DNA of 64,000 nt from Hydrolagus colliei (GCA_035084275.1 CM068748.1:10478001-10542000); one strand, 5' to 3'. Shown: positions 37,465-50,674, counted from the first letter of the stretch. Made by a program: numbers and translations. Notes: a model not told the origin generated them from the sequence alone.

Positions 37465-37900
37465 AGGAACCAAACATAGGGTAGGAAGGGCAGTTGAGTA
37501 TCAAACCTGATGCCCAGGTTGCACACAAGTTCAGTATGTCTGAGGGACAGGTTAGGGAGGTTAAGGAGGTTGGAGCCAGAGGTGAAAAGACATTGAAGAG
37601 AGAAAGAAGTATGTCTTGTGTCTTGATGACATTCAGTTACAGAAAGTTGGCACGCCTTGAGACCATTCATATCTGATAAGCAAGCAATCCGAACTTCAGT
37701 AAACTTGGCGTACCAGCAGGAGGAGGAAAACCAGAATTGAGTGTCATTCACCTACATTTGGAAGTTGACGCCATGTCTGCAGATGACATCCCTGAGAGGG
37801 AGCGTGTAATTGAGAAAACGGAGGAGACCAAAGTTAGTCTCAGCCACATGTGCGGTAGAATGTTTTACAGGGACAGGGTTGCTGGTGGTGGTTGAGGAGG
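37465..37900 (-). mobile_element. Decayed L2 LINE fragment
   Basis: Minus strand gives VCNLGIRFDTQL, ACLSD, and a GVNFQM..DD-like segment. Confidence 0.7.
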
Positions 37901-37981
37901 ATGCCATGGAAAAGTGATCACGTGCAAAGAAAGCTTGTGTGATATGCCTAAAAAAGTATTTGTTTTAATTTTTTTGTGCAG

Positions 37982-38122
37982 TCTCCTACTAAAGCTGTAT
38001 ATAATGCCAGACACTGGAATCAGCCTGAACCAGAAGAGCTTCCACCAGCACCAGAGTTGTCACACACTGCACCAGAGAGTGCAATAAGTAAACAGCCACT
38101 GTCACAGTCTCGGACAGCACAG
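37982..38122 (+). CDS. WAPL: WAPL exon 5
   Basis: tgtgcag|TCT CCT; SPTKAVYNARHWNQPEPEE...SRTAQ; CAG|gtgagt; 141 nt, phase 0-0. Confidence 0.93.
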
Positions 38123-38622
38123 GTGAGTACCATAATGAATACTTATTCATTTCTTAGGCAGTATCTTTCAGTCAATAAATAAAATTGCACAAATGAGTAC
38201 AATAATCTGAGCAATAATTCAGTGAATACCAGAACTGAATTGCTGCTATTACTGTTTTCTAGTAGTGGTGAGCTTCAGAACTCAATGATATTCTTATTGC
38301 CTCTCAGTGTTCTGATAAATTGCTTACTGTTAAGTTTTCACAAATATAATGTTCAGATTTAAATTCACTAAATTTGTGTTACCAGCTTCACCTTTTATCA
38401 TGATACTTTCTACAGTAGTTTTTAAAACCATAAATTATTGCAAGTTAATATGGCACTAATGATGGATGTAGCAGCTCAATTTTGGCACAACCGTATCTTA
38501 AATCTGTACATGTAATCAAAACTGGTAGAAAATTGTAAATGCTCTTATAAATAAGTTTTTTTAATTTTAGTTTGACTTGTGTATTCTGCGGTCCTTGATT
38601 GTCTTTTCTATTGTATTAAAAG

Positions 38623-38772
38623 GCCAATGTTGCCTTAAAGGAGACGGCTCAGAAAGATGAGGATGTCTTCAAAGCTCCTCCTCCACCACGTGTAATTAAG
38701 ACAGTGACAATACCAACCCAACCATACCAGGACATTGTAACTGCACTGAAATGTAGGAAGGAGGACAAAGAG
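38623..38772 (+). CDS. WAPL: WAPL exon 6
   Basis: aaaag|GCC AAT (in-frame alternative AG at 38639-38640); ..[36 protein letters not shown]; GAG|gtatca. Confidence 0.9.
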
Positions 38773-39186
38773 GTATCAAACTTAAACTCTTTTTTTGTCA
38801 CATTTAATACTAAAAGCAGCAATCATTGTTTACTTCATGTAGATGAAAGACATTTCCATTTGAAAAATGAACTTCCTCAAAGTTAGATACATTTGATGCA
38901 TCTGCCAAAATGTGTTTTGGAAGGATGACATTGCAAGTTGGAACTAATTTAGCTGCATATTTATAAATGAAATATATGACAAACGGAAATTATTCCTTAA
39001 TAATTCTGCCCTCTTATTGTAGAGGAGTAATTTTTTACATTGATATGATTTTTATCCTCTGCTGTTTACTCCATAAAATTACCTCACCAGGTTTTGCACT
39101 TGGCATCTCTGGAATGGGACCCTATATTGCAATTTTAGTTCCTATGCATTGCTATAAGTATTTTAATTTTTGTTTTATTTCCTCAG

Positions 39187-39323
39187 TTATACACTGTGGT
39201 TCAGCATGTGAAACACTTCAATGATGTTGTGGAATTTGGAGAAAACCAAGAGTTTACAGATGATATTGAGTATTTACTCAGTGGACTGAAGAGCACTCAG
39301 CCTCTCAACACACGCTGCCTTAG
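39187..39323 (+). CDS. WAPL: WAPL exon 7
   Basis: cctcag|[45 protein letters not shown]; AG|gtacgt; phase 0-2. Confidence 0.97.
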
Positions 39324-39719
39324 GTACGTTTCCATTTGGATGTAAATCATTGCACATTTTGTGTAATATTTTGAGGTAATATACTGTGATTGTATACAAT
39401 AACCAATTTATGTCTGGATTGGGCATCATGTTCTTTAAAGATAATAATAATCGTTGCATTTGATATAGCACTTTTCACGTCTTCCTAGATTTCCTTGCAC
39501 AAGTGGTTTCTTCTATCTCCACACAGTTGGGAATACTTCCCAGCTTATGATGTGTTGAAGGACAGAAGAGACCATCGACTATAGATGCAAAAGAAAAATG
39601 CCCAAATGCCAAGAATTACAGTTTTATTTGCATAAAACATTTTATTGCAAAAAACAAATAGAAATTTTTAAATTCACCATCTATATTCTGCAAGAAGAAT
39701 TCAACAACAATTATTTATA

Positions 39720-40550
39720 TAAGCAACAATTACATTTGTATAGCACCTTTCATATTGGGAGGACGTCCCAAGGGCTGGACAGACCTGAGCTGGGGGTAGG
39801 GATCGTGGAGGGCATGGAGGAGGTTGATCGAAAGCACAGTCGAAGAAGAGGGTCTTGAAGGAGGCAGGGGATAGGGCAACATGGAGGGGTTGCGGGATGG
39901 AGTTCTAGATGGTGGGGGCAAAGTGGCTGAAAGCCTGCCCCCCATGGTTGGGTGGGCGAAACGGGGGACGTGAAGCAGGCTAGAGCTTACTGACTGCAGG
40001 AAGTTGGTAGGGGGTAGTAGATTGCAGAGGTAGAGTTTAGTGAAGTTGGAGGGCTTTATAGGTGAGGATTTCGAACTGCATCCTCTGTGTGATGAGAAGC
40101 CTGTGGGGTCGGATGAGGATGGGGGTGATATGGTGATGGAGCCTAGTGTGGGTGAGGACACAGACTGCAGGGTTCTGGATGATCTACAACCAGTGGAGTG
40201 GGGAGTTATGGAGGGTGACAAGCAAGCAATTTGCATAGTCAAGCTTAGACATTATGAAAACGTATGAGAGTGTTGGCAGCTGGTGATGTGAGATAGTGGC
40301 AGAGCCGGGCAATGTTGCGGAGGTGGAGGAAGGCAGAGAAGATGTGGGGTAGAAATGAGGGTCAAACAAGATGCCAAAGTTCCGAACTGGCTGAGTGAGA
40401 TGGAGTGTGCATCCATGATGCTGTCAGCGCCTTGGATGTGGAGGTGCTAGTGGGAGCCAATCAGGAAGGTCTTGATATTTTGTTAGCTCAGCAATGGCCC
40501 TGGAGTGAAGGGTGGAGGCAGAGGTACAGTTGTGTGTCATCTATGTACAT
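39720..40550 (-). mobile_element. L2 LINE 3' fragment
   Basis: YVFIMSKLDYANCLL.., LLHVPRFAHPTMGGR; L2 tail at about 39725. Confidence 0.8.
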
Positions 40551-40854
40551 GTATAATTTACATTTATGTAGTGTGTTTCACATCTGGAGGACATGTAACA
40601 GGTCTTATCACAAATTTAGTTGGCCCTCCTGAGCCATTTGCTAAAGACAATGCCGTGTTAGAATTGCTTTAATGGGATCACATAATGGTTTATAAATATT
40701 TAGAAGTACAGGTATTTAGTTCATGAGAACAATACAGCAAATATCCAAATCTTCTTTGAAAAACCCAGTCAAGCTTGACTTATTTGTTTTACAAATGCCT
40801 GAGAATGGGCTTTGCAAAACTTGCGATCTGAATGTGGACACACTATTGCTATAC

Positions 40855-41000
40855 AATAATAATAATCCTTGCATTTGATGTAGCGTTTTTCACATCTTCC
40901 AGATGTCTCAAAGCGCTTCACCGAATATACTGTGAAGTGAATTAACTGTATATTTGTGGGTGAAATGCGGCAGCCAATTGCGGACAGCAGTGCCCCATAA
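40855..41000 (-). mobile_element. SINE 3' half
   Basis: aataataataatccttgcatttgatgtagcg..gcggcagccaattgcg. Confidence 0.8.
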
Positions 41001-41954
41001 ATAATACTGCAACTAAATTATGCTCAGAACAGTTGCAGCTGATTTACTCTACAGAACAATCCAGCAAGCACATAAGTATTTTATTACGCTGCTCTTCAGA
41101 GAAGCGTGTAAGTGCTATAAAAACAGTTTGTGTTTTTGCTACACCCTACCGCCTATTGCTGCATTATTCATATTTAACTTGGTATCTACTGACAGTGGAC
41201 TGAGAGCCTAGCAAGAACGCATAGATGGAGAATTATTCCAACATAAATATTTCAGCACTATAAACTTGTATGATTGTGGCCTTTAAATATATAAAAATGT
41301 TTTGCAGACCCATTGCTTGCTATTTTGTTTTCAGTGCCAGCTACGCATTTTACTTGCCATCAAATACAATTGTGTTCATGCTGATATTCAATATGTCAAC
41401 TACTCTAATCAGAAACAGATGGGTTGGGAAATAGAACAATGCAGTTGAAATGCCTTAGTCACCACATTTTGCTGGAAGATTGCAAGCTATGCATGTGAAT
41501 AATCTAGCTTGTTTGATAAATTTGCTTACTTCCTCCACGAGCTGTTCTGTTGTTTTCAAACTATGATGTCATCTGATTAATACACATACAATGTAAGTAA
41601 TAAAATCTGTATATTCCAAGCTTCTAGCAACAATTTGAATGTTCATAGGATAATGTTTCGTAATGCTGAAGGACATTGGGGATCACCAAGCAAGCAGGGT
41701 AGTTTGATGCTTCAAAGAAACTACCCGTTTAAGATGGTTTTGAAGTAAAGTGTAGTGACTGCGTAGTCGCTTTGAAGAAAAAAGTGTCCCACCGACAGTG
41801 CTGATTTGAATGATTCAATTCATGAGGTATTGTAGACTAGGACGGTAGGAAATCTCATAATTCTTTTTGAATGGGACCAGGAGACCCTTAACGTTCACCT
41901 GAAAAAGCAGATAGAACTTTGATTTAATATCTGACTCGAAGCCAAAACAATAAT

Positions 41955-42125
41955 AAATTGGTCATTTCAATCCACAAATGTTTGTGGCATAAAGCTGTGT
42001 GCAATTGGCTGCCACGTTTCATCAACAAGTAAACAGTCAGTTCAGTTTACAATGTATTCTGTGAAGCGCTTTGAGATGTCTAGAAGATGTGAAAAGCGCT
42101 ATATCAAATGCAAGGATTATTATTA
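41955..42125 (+). mobile_element. SINE 3' half
   Basis: ttggtcattt..gcaattggctgcc..gtgaaaagcgctatatcaaatgcaaggattattatt. Confidence 0.8.
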
Positions 42126-42751
42126 AATGTCCTTCCAGGCTGTAATGCTTGTCAAACAAAAAATTTATATCCATTGCAGGCCATCTTAAGACGAGGGAGG
42201 ATAGATTTCAGCAGAGTTGCAACGATTAGCATTCTTTAACACAATTTGTATTGTGTCCATTATATATAGGTGTTTTCCAAGGTAGGGTATTGTCTTTAAT
42301 CACAACAACATCTTGCACTTATATAGTGCCCTCCATACGAGGTAGTGTCTCAGAGCACTTAACACTGGTGGACCCTGACTTAGAGCCTGGGGGTGGTGGT
42401 GGAGGGTTGTGGGTGGTGCGCATAAATATGGTCGAAGAGGAGGCTTTCAGGCCAGACTTGAAAAGGGGGAGAGATGGGGCAAGGCAGAGGGACTGAGGGT
42501 GCTGATTGGCTTTAGAAATGTCCGTGGATTACAGTATTTGATCGGCGGACAATGAATTTGGAATTGGTTTGCAGGCCGGATATAGCCTGCGAGCTACCAG
42601 TAGGAACATCTTGTTCTAAGCTATATGCAATTTACTGAACAGATGGAAGGTGTTGCAATGTTATATCTATTCCTAATTTGTTAAACTGATTTGGTTCCCA
42701 GGTGTTCTTTTTGCTGATTCAAATTCATGCTATTTTCATTATATCTTCTAG

Positions 42752-42863
42752 TATTATCAGCCTGGCCACCAAGTGTGCCATGCCCAGTTTCCGAATGCAC
42801 CTGAGAGCTCATGGAATGGTAGCCATGGTCTTCAAGACACTGGATGATGCACAAAGGATTCAG
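42752..42863 (+). CDS. WAPL: WAPL exon 8
   Basis: ttctag|T ATT ATC; [37 protein letters not shown]; CAG|gtacat; phase 2-0. Confidence 0.97.
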
Positions 42864-43080
42864 GTACATCTTTCATTCCATAAATGAGTATGTAGTATCA
42901 ACATTTAAAACCTGCAAGTGTTTAGATCAATCACCATTTGCAATAAAGAAACTCATGACTACATCTTGTTGAGTATCCAGTACTTTCAACATGTGGTACT
43001 GCCCCACTGGGTATCCTATTTATAGATAGAGGAAGAAAACACTATATGCACCCTTCTTTGTCATGACTGTACATACAACA

Positions 43081-43720
43081 GATTCATAGATTCATAGAAT
43101 TTTACGGCACAAAAGGAGGCCATTCGGCCCATCTAGTCTGTGCCGGCTCTTTGAAAAGAGCGATTTAATCCCACTGCCCTGCCCGCTCCCCATAGCCTAA
43201 TAGACCTGTTCTCCCTAAATAAAGATCTAATTCCCTTTTAAAAGTTGTTATCGAATCAGCCTCCACCACCTTTTCAGGCAATGCATTCCAGATTCGAACA
43301 ACTCGCTGAGTGAAAAAATTTCTCCTCAGCTCCCCTCTACTGCGCCTTGAAACTATTTTAAATCTGTGACCACGAGTCACAGATTCGCCCACGAGTGGAA
43401 ATAGTTTTTCTCTATTTGCCCTGTCGAAACCCCTCATGATTTTATAAACCTCTATTAGGTCTCCCCTCAATCTTCTCTGCTCCAGAGAGAATAACCCTAG
43501 CCTATCTAGCCTCTCCTCACAGCTGAAGTCCCTCAATCCTGGCACCATCCTAGTAAATCTTCTTTGTACCCTTTCCAATGTCTTCACATCCTTTCTGTAA
43601 TGTGGTGACCAGAATTGAACACAGTACTCCAGCTGAGGCCTCACCAAAGTCCCATAGAGGTTAGTCAGCACTTCCTGACTTTTGTACTCTATACCCCTAT
43701 TTATAAAGCCTAGTATCCCA
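43081..43720 (-). mobile_element. Young 5'-truncated CR1 LINE (ORF2 C-terminus and 3' UTR)
   Basis: Uninterrupted ORF: LVRPQLEYCVQFWSPHYRKDV..LEQRRLRGDLIEVYK..RRNFFTQRVVRIWNALP. Terminal (TCTATGAA)n microsatellite at 43081-43098. Confidence 0.93.
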
Positions 43721-44592
43721 TTGCTGAACACTAAACATTTCAATATTACTGAATCACAGTTGTGCTACATAACTCAATCATATTCTCTTGTGCATGCTGG
43801 CAACTAGATTTTGGGACAGGGGAGTGGGTGGGGGGGAAACAGGACAGTATTATTCGCTGTCACAAGTTCACTTCGGCATCCATGTTCATTAGTAGATGTG
43901 CAGAATCATGGTATTCCATTGTATTAAATGTTGCTTTCAAATGATACTCCTAATGCATAATGCTGCCATGCTCTTTGCAAGATCTTGGCTGCCTCCTCTG
44001 AAACAGTTTTTTAAAAATATATTAAAGCCTCTTGTGGATTCAGCTTTAACAGCTGTTTGTTTCTTCGACTTCCTTGAATTATGTTTTCATATTTTCCCCT
44101 TTTTTCTTGTGAGTTATTAATTTGTATCCTCGTTCTCATTATACATATTTAGAAAGTATCTTAACACTGCCTTTTGTGCGGTAATGACTACCATAAATGA
44201 CCAAGTATTCTTTATGTAAGTTCATTCTTTGATTATAAGGCCACCAATTTTTTCTATTTCTTCTGTCTTTTCTGAATATATTTAAATTTTACTTGCTTCT
44301 GTCATGCTGCAATATATTTTCCTTAGATTTATATGAATATGATTATTTAGTGGGTTGGACAAACCTATCTTTAATAACCAGGCATATAATCATAGATATC
44401 GCGCAATTGATTCCAACCAATCTGTGTCAGCAGTAAATTATGATCTTAAAAATATCTTGTATAATATGACCGTATTGAGAATTGAGCATAAATTTAATTG
44501 AAATGTGTACAATTTCATATTGAATTCTCTTTCCAATGTACACATTATGAGTCCATTCTTTTGATTTCTGCCATATATATTTATTATATCAG

Positions 44593-44817
44593 AATCTAGC
44601 GCTTTGCACAGCAGCACTAATGTATATCCTGAGTCGGGATCGACTGAACATGGATCTGGATAGAGCCAGTCTCGACTTGATGATTCGACTGTTGGAGATG
44701 GAGCAGGAACCCTGCTCACGTCAGTTGAATGAGAAGGAAATGAACAAGATCAAGGAGAAAATCCGCAAACTCTGTGAGACTGTTCACAACCGGCATCTAG
44801 ATCTGGAGAACATTACA
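44593..44817 (+). CDS. WAPL: WAPL exon 9
   Basis: atatcag|[34 protein letters not shown]...HLDLENIT; ACA|gtaaga; 225 nt. Confidence 0.97.
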
Positions 44818-46987
44818 GTAAGAGATTGATTGGCTACAATATCATTAACTGATGGTAGCCTGCTTAATATGGCAGACAGCCAAGTATTTATAATAATTAG
44901 AGATGCATGCTTTATATTCCAGAGGCTACTTCTCCAATAGTTAAGCAGTGTTTAGCTATAGATGTGAACGGCGCTATACAAATGTAATTTGTTGTTGTTT
45001 AATTTTTGTTATTGCTTAAATGAGACAGTATTTTACACTAATCTTTATAGCTTGGGGGTGGGGAAAAAATATTTTTGAATTTCTCCTCCCCACCCCATTC
45101 CTAATTTCTCCCCCTCCCAATTCTTATAAGACAGCTTGCCAATTGAAGAAATGTAAGGGTTTTCCTGTTGATAAATTTGCCAGCTTTTACAGTATGTGCC
45201 TTTAATGTTTTTTGCTTAGATTTTTCCATTATAATTGCATAGTGCCAAGCTTAGTAGATGTATCAATTCCACCTCCTTCCCACCACCCCCATGTTCACAT
45301 GATAGGAGGCATAACCAAGTAAACAGTGCTGACTGAAGGATCTTATATGACACCAAGGGAACATGTGCTAGATTGTAAACTTATACCTGTCATTATCTTA
45401 CTTCTACGCTAATGAGGTTATTCCTTAATGCTACACTAATCACGCAAGGTAAAACTTTTACTTTTCTGTAACTGAATTATTTAAAGAGGATATTTAGTAT
45501 TGTTAAAGGATATTTCCCAAACTTTCTCCTTAATTTATTTTATATAATACTTGGGATTTCAGCCCTGTATATATAATGTTTGGCAGTTATAAATTTCAGA
45601 AGATTGAGATTAGTTGTTACAGTTTTGGGGTGTTGTGAAATAAGAGTTTGGGATTGTTAATAGACTTATGACTAGTGAATTGTGTGTAAAAAAAAAAACT
45701 ATCACTATCACAGTGATAGTAAAATTGTTTAATTTTCATTGGGCAAGATTTTGTAATGGGAGAATGAATGTTATATTTTTAAGATTGAATTTGTAATGCT
45801 TTATTTTACAAAAAAAAAGGAATGTATGTTTTAACCAAGTTACAGAGGAATGGGACTTCTGTTGAGTTCAGTGGGGCTGCAATTGAGAATAAGAAATTGG
45901 CTGCCAAGGTGTCCTGGGGTAAAAAGTTATGCAATGTTAAACTTGACGCACATGGATATGGTAATGGTCATTTGCCAAATAAGTCAATTGGTTGCTAGGA
46001 GACTCTTGAACCAATCAGTTTGACTGCAGTGGTCTTTTCTGGCCCTGTCATTCCTATGTTCCAAGCTGTTGTCTGCAGTGTTATTTGCTGTTAGTAAGCA
46101 AAGGACAAAACATTTAATTACATTAAACTGTAAACCTTGAAGATAGTATATTTATTCTCATGGTGTACCAGAGTTGTAATTAGCTGTTGGTATACATCAT
46201 GAGAATATGCCCAGTTCTTTGCAATGTGCCACAAATTAAACATTAGAGTAACAGAAAATGTGCGGCTTTGTTCTGATTTGGCCAGCAGAAGGCTATTGAT
46301 AAAAGCCCCTTATATTCTCCTTATCTCAGCACACTCCCACAGTTCGGGATCACCACAGTATGTGACAATATGTATTCCAGAATTCCATGAAACAACAGTT
46401 ATTTAGTTGATTTGCAACTATTTTATATTTTCAGAAATTTTTTATTTTCCCAATCTCTGTAAATACACTATATGATGCTAGTTAACGCTACAAATTAGGT
46501 ATATTCATGGGTGTTTGTATATAATAATAATTAGCTGATATAGCCAGAACATCAGTAAGTGATTTTATTTATATCTATATACATCTATAACTATATATAT
46601 ATATAGAATATATTGTTTCAGTAACCCTGGCCAGTGCAACATGTTGAAGTGAGTAGGTTTGTCATTTGGAAAATGGACAGGTAAACTATTTACAGTAGGA
46701 ACTTGCCTTTATATAATGTCCTTCGCGCTATATAAAGAATAGTGTCTTGTGGTGCTGCATTATGATGGGGCTGGTTGCTAAGATAGAGCGAGAGGCAGGT
46801 GACCATAAGTGCAGTCGGGGAGGTAGATCTTTGGGTGGGATTTAAAAATCCATGGGGGCTGGGGGTGGCGGCGAGGCAGGGATTTCCAAAGATTGGGGCC
46901 AGTCCAAATATTTAGTGGTGGCAGTGTTAGGTTTTATCGTGGTTGTTTTTGTATCAGAATTTTAAAAACTCTATTTTGTTTTCACAG

Positions 46988-47099
46988 ATTGGGCACTTGG
47001 CTATGGAGACTCTACTTTCACTCACATCCAAGAGATCAGGGGACTGGTTTAAGGAGGAGCTGAGGCTCTTAGGAGGACTCGATCACGTTGTGGATAAAG
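46988..47099 (+). CDS. WAPL: WAPL exon 10
   Basis: ttcacag|[37 protein letters not shown]; G|gtatat; phase 0-1. Confidence 0.97.
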
Positions 47100-47153
47100 G
47101 TATATGTTGTTTCCCTACTCAGTAAATGAGTTAGGGCACCATCTAACCTATTA

Positions 47154-47861
47154 CAGTAAAAGCCCGTTTATACAACACCCGCGGGACCTGGCCAATGAAG
47201 GTTAAAGCGCCCGCCAGATATTCAGGTGGCATGCAGCCTAAAACCCACCGCAAAAATTTTTAAAAGTTATTTTAACACGCACCATACTAAATAATAACAG
47301 AATATTGTATTGGTACTTATTGTTAAAACTACTCTCTTGCGCTTCTCACCTTTACTGGTTAAGGTTTATAATCCAGTGATTCTTTTTAAAATGGAGGATG
47401 CCAAGCGGGTGAAAAAAACGGCAGCGCGATTTTAAAGTCTTACTAGCGGCAAACTGATAACCCTAGACTCTACTAGCGGCAAACCAAAATACTGTACCTG
47501 TGCAGCAATGTGGGTTATCGGCTAGGGTTATCGGCTTGTCGCTAGTAAGGCTTTCAAGTCCCACTGCCGTTTTTTTCACCCGCTTGGCGTCCTCCATTTT
47601 AAAAAGAATCGCTGGACTATAAACCTCAACCGCAGCATCGTGGCTTCAAGCGCAGCATCTACCAGTAAAGGTGAGAAGCACAAGAGAGTAGCTTTAAAAA
47701 TAAGTACCAATACAATATTCTGTTATTATCTATTATTATTTATGCATTTACAAATGCTCCACCTCTATTGTTCCGGTTTATCAAATGAGGACTTTTTTTT
47801 TGGCGTGCCAGTTATACGGAAGTGCCGGTTCATCGAGTCACGGCTAAATGGGCTTCTACTG
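47154..47861. mobile_element. Tigger/pogo-like MITE with long internal inverted repeat
   Basis: TA|CAGTAAAAGCCCGTTTA...TAAATGGGCTTCTACTG|TA. Internal arms about 47287-47466 and 47522-47729 are reverse complements. Confidence 0.9.
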
Positions 47862-47949
47862 TATTAGGTATTCTGAATTTCAACATTCGTTTTATTCTCT
47901 TTCCCCTCCCTCAGCAATTGGATAATTTTGTTGAATGTCAGATGGTATG

Positions 47950-48090
47950 TGTCATGCTGTGCACAATTGGTTGCTGTGTTTTGCCCACAAATATACAGTC
48001 AACTCACTTTACAGGGTGTTGTATGAAGCGTTCGGTGAGACAACTAGAAGGAATGAAAAACCGCTACATCAAATGCTAGGATTATCATTA
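47950..48090 (+). mobile_element. SINE 3' half
   Basis: gctgtgcacaattggttgc..cacaaatatacagtcaactcactttac..atcaaatgctaggattatcatt. Confidence 0.75.
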
Positions 48091-48636
48091 TGCCTACTGT
48101 GTGATTGTCAGCACTGCTCTGCAGCTAGCTAGGAGGAAAGAAGAGTAGCTCCTGATCTTTAGCTGTTCGAAAACACTTCAAATATATTTTTTTAAAAGAT
48201 GCGGATTCCTTACAATATTTAGGTAACAAAATAATCTGAATACAGATAATGATTTATTAATAATAATATTACTTGCATTTGATATAGCACCATATATTTT
48301 CAAAGCACTTCATAGAATATATTGTAAGGTATTTTGTGGGCCATTTTTATTTTGCTGTAAATGTAACTTTTTACACTTACTATTGTACTAGGAAAAATTA
48401 ACAATCTTGTTTGAAAGTCTTGCAAACATTTTATTTTTGTCAAAAGTGGGCAAAATCTTAAATGGTAGCAAGAGCTGTCAGCACTTAAAACAATTTTGGT
48501 CTTGATGCTGTGTTTTTAATGCCTCATCTTTGTTGTTTTTGACCTGAGTAAGGTAAAGCAAAATTCACTTTTGTCAGCAATGCATACCTTAATAATACAA
48601 GTATACTAAATAATCTATTTCATTTGGTGTGAACAG

Positions 48637-48734
48637 TGAAAGAATGTGTGGAACAATTGGATCAGCATGAAGCAGATGATAAATTGGTTGCATCATTATG
48701 GGGTGCAGAACGCTGTTTACGGGTGTTGGAGAGT
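48637..48734 (+). CDS. WAPL: WAPL exon 11
   Basis: gaacag|(V)[32 protein letters not shown]; AGT|gtaagt; phase 1-0. Confidence 0.95.
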
Positions 48735-49225
48735 GTAAGTATTATCAGAGATACCTATATGTAAGAATATAGAGGGGAGGGAGCATAATCTTGAATTTCC
48801 AACCATAGCTTTTTATTATTGGGAGTGGTACTTTGTAAGGCCAAAGCATATTCCTGAAGAGAAAGAGGAGACACCACAGAACAGTGCATCTTCTGGGCAG
48901 TCAGAATATAACATTGTAGAAAGACGAGAAGCTGGTGCAATGGGTTGAAGACCTCAGTTTAATGTCTTAGTTGTTAAGTATAGTTGTGGGGCCACAACAA
49001 TAGATGAGAATAATGTACTTCCAAAATCACTTGGCAGATTTCTTCCACCTTCTTCGTGTCTTTCAGCTCCCTTGTTATCACTTGAGCTTTCAAGTATCTT
49101 AGATAGCAATTTCTACCATTCATGAAGACTTACTTGGGACAGTTACAGTGAATGCTTAAACTATTGGGTGTGGAATCTCAAGCAAATCCATTTACCTATG
49201 CATTGATTTTCCTTTTTTCCTTCAG

Positions 49226-49302
49226 GTAACTGTTCATAATCCAGAAAACCAGGGTTATCTTATAGCATACAAAGATTCACAACTCATTATCTCTTCTGCA
49301 AG
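49226..49302 (+). CDS. WAPL: WAPL exon 12
   Basis: ccttcag|[25 protein letters not shown]; AG|gtaagt; phase 0-2. Confidence 0.96.
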
Positions 49303-49975
49303 GTAAGTCTGTAACATGGTGCAACAAAAACAATTCATATTTTTTCAGAAAAATGGAGGAAAAGTGGCATGCAATAAAATATTTGTAAAAGTGCCAATAA
49401 ATGTTTTATTGATGATACTGCTTTGCAAAGTCCGACCTAGCTTGACCCATGTGATCTTTTGTAGATTAAATTGATAGTATCATTGCAAGAGTTACCATAA
49501 TATGTAAACAAAAATGTCATTGAGTATAAAAACAACACTTTAGTAGGTGATTATTCAGCGAGTTACCTTAACTATCACTGGGCCTGGAGTTTTGGGGAGT
49601 GTTAAACAGAGTCCCTTTGAAACCAACCAAGCTACTGTGTGGCTTCAGCTAAATTAAGTTACTGTGAAACTCTTTAGATTGATAACATTTTGATTTACTC
49701 ATCATTGATCATGTAGTTGTCTGCATCTTCACTGCCTGTCATCTCGCTTAGGGCTTCCTCTCTTTGTCAATTTCCTTCTTATCAATGTCCCCTTAAGTGT
49801 TGTGAGAAACACTGACCAGAACTCAATCCTCGGAATCAAAAATAGGATAGTCACTAGAGCATTCATAGCAAGTACAGCTTGCTTGAGCGCTGCAACTCTC
49901 TTTTGCAATCAACACTGGCTTTAGGTACTTGATTGTCTGAGATGCTGTGAGTGTTTTCTTTATTTCAAACAACTA

Positions 49976-50385
49976 CCGTAAATACCCGCGTATAAGGTGC
50001 ACTCGCGTATAAGACGCACCCCCCACTTTTGACCTTTTCTTGGCGAAACAAATTGAAGCATTTTTGATGATATTGCCGGCGGAAAATGTTTTTTCTGCCA
50101 GCAATATCATCAGGAAAAAAAAATTCCACCGAAAAAACATCTATCGGCGGTGCAGCCCAGCATTACCATGAAGTAAGAATTAGCAGACATCGCAGGTGAG
50201 TAGTGCCTGGTCTGCGTTGCCGATCCTGGAGAGCGGGTAGTCGTACTGGCGGCGCAGTTTGATGATGTACCTCTGGGGGCTGGTCGTCTTTTTGTCTTTT
50301 CCTTGTATCTGCGTAGAGGGCGCACCCCCTCTTTCGAGACTTTCCGACATGAAAAAAAGTGCGCCTTATACGTGGAGATTTACGG
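49976..50385. mobile_element. Tc1/mariner-superfamily (Tc2-like, CCGTA termini) MITE, copy 1
   Basis: TA|CCGTAAATACCCGCGTATAAGG...CCTTATACGTGGAGATTTACGG|TA. Confidence 0.88.
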
Positions 50386-50407
50386 TATTAGCGAAACTAA
50401 CCTAGTA

Positions 50408-50674
50408 CAGTAGAAGCCCGTTTATCCGTGACCCGATTAACCAGATTGCTTGAGCTTTTTTACTGATTTTTTTTACTGAGTGTGCTGAAATCTTTATTGG
50501 TAAGTAGCTATACAATATTCTGCTACTATTTAGTATATTAATATAGTTTGTTTTAAAATAAGTACATTTTTTGTGTTGGGTTTTCGGCAACTTGCCGCCC
50601 GATTATCCGGCACAGTCAATTAGTCGACCTCCCCCCCCTCCCCCCGAGCGTGCCGGATAAACGGGCTTCTACTG
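50408..50674. mobile_element. Tigger/pogo-like MITE
   Basis: Perfect 21-bp TIR CAGTAGAAGCCCGTTTATCCG / CGGATAAACGGGCTTCTACTG; left flank TA. Confidence 0.88.

Noticed and set aside
38773-38782. U12-type intron at GTATCA donor
   Set aside because: GTATCAAAC does not match the GTATCCTT consensus, and the acceptor has an ordinary polypyrimidine tract.
43165-43743. 192-aa ORF as a nested antisense gene
   Set aside because: It is the C-terminus of a 5'-truncated CR1 ORF2.
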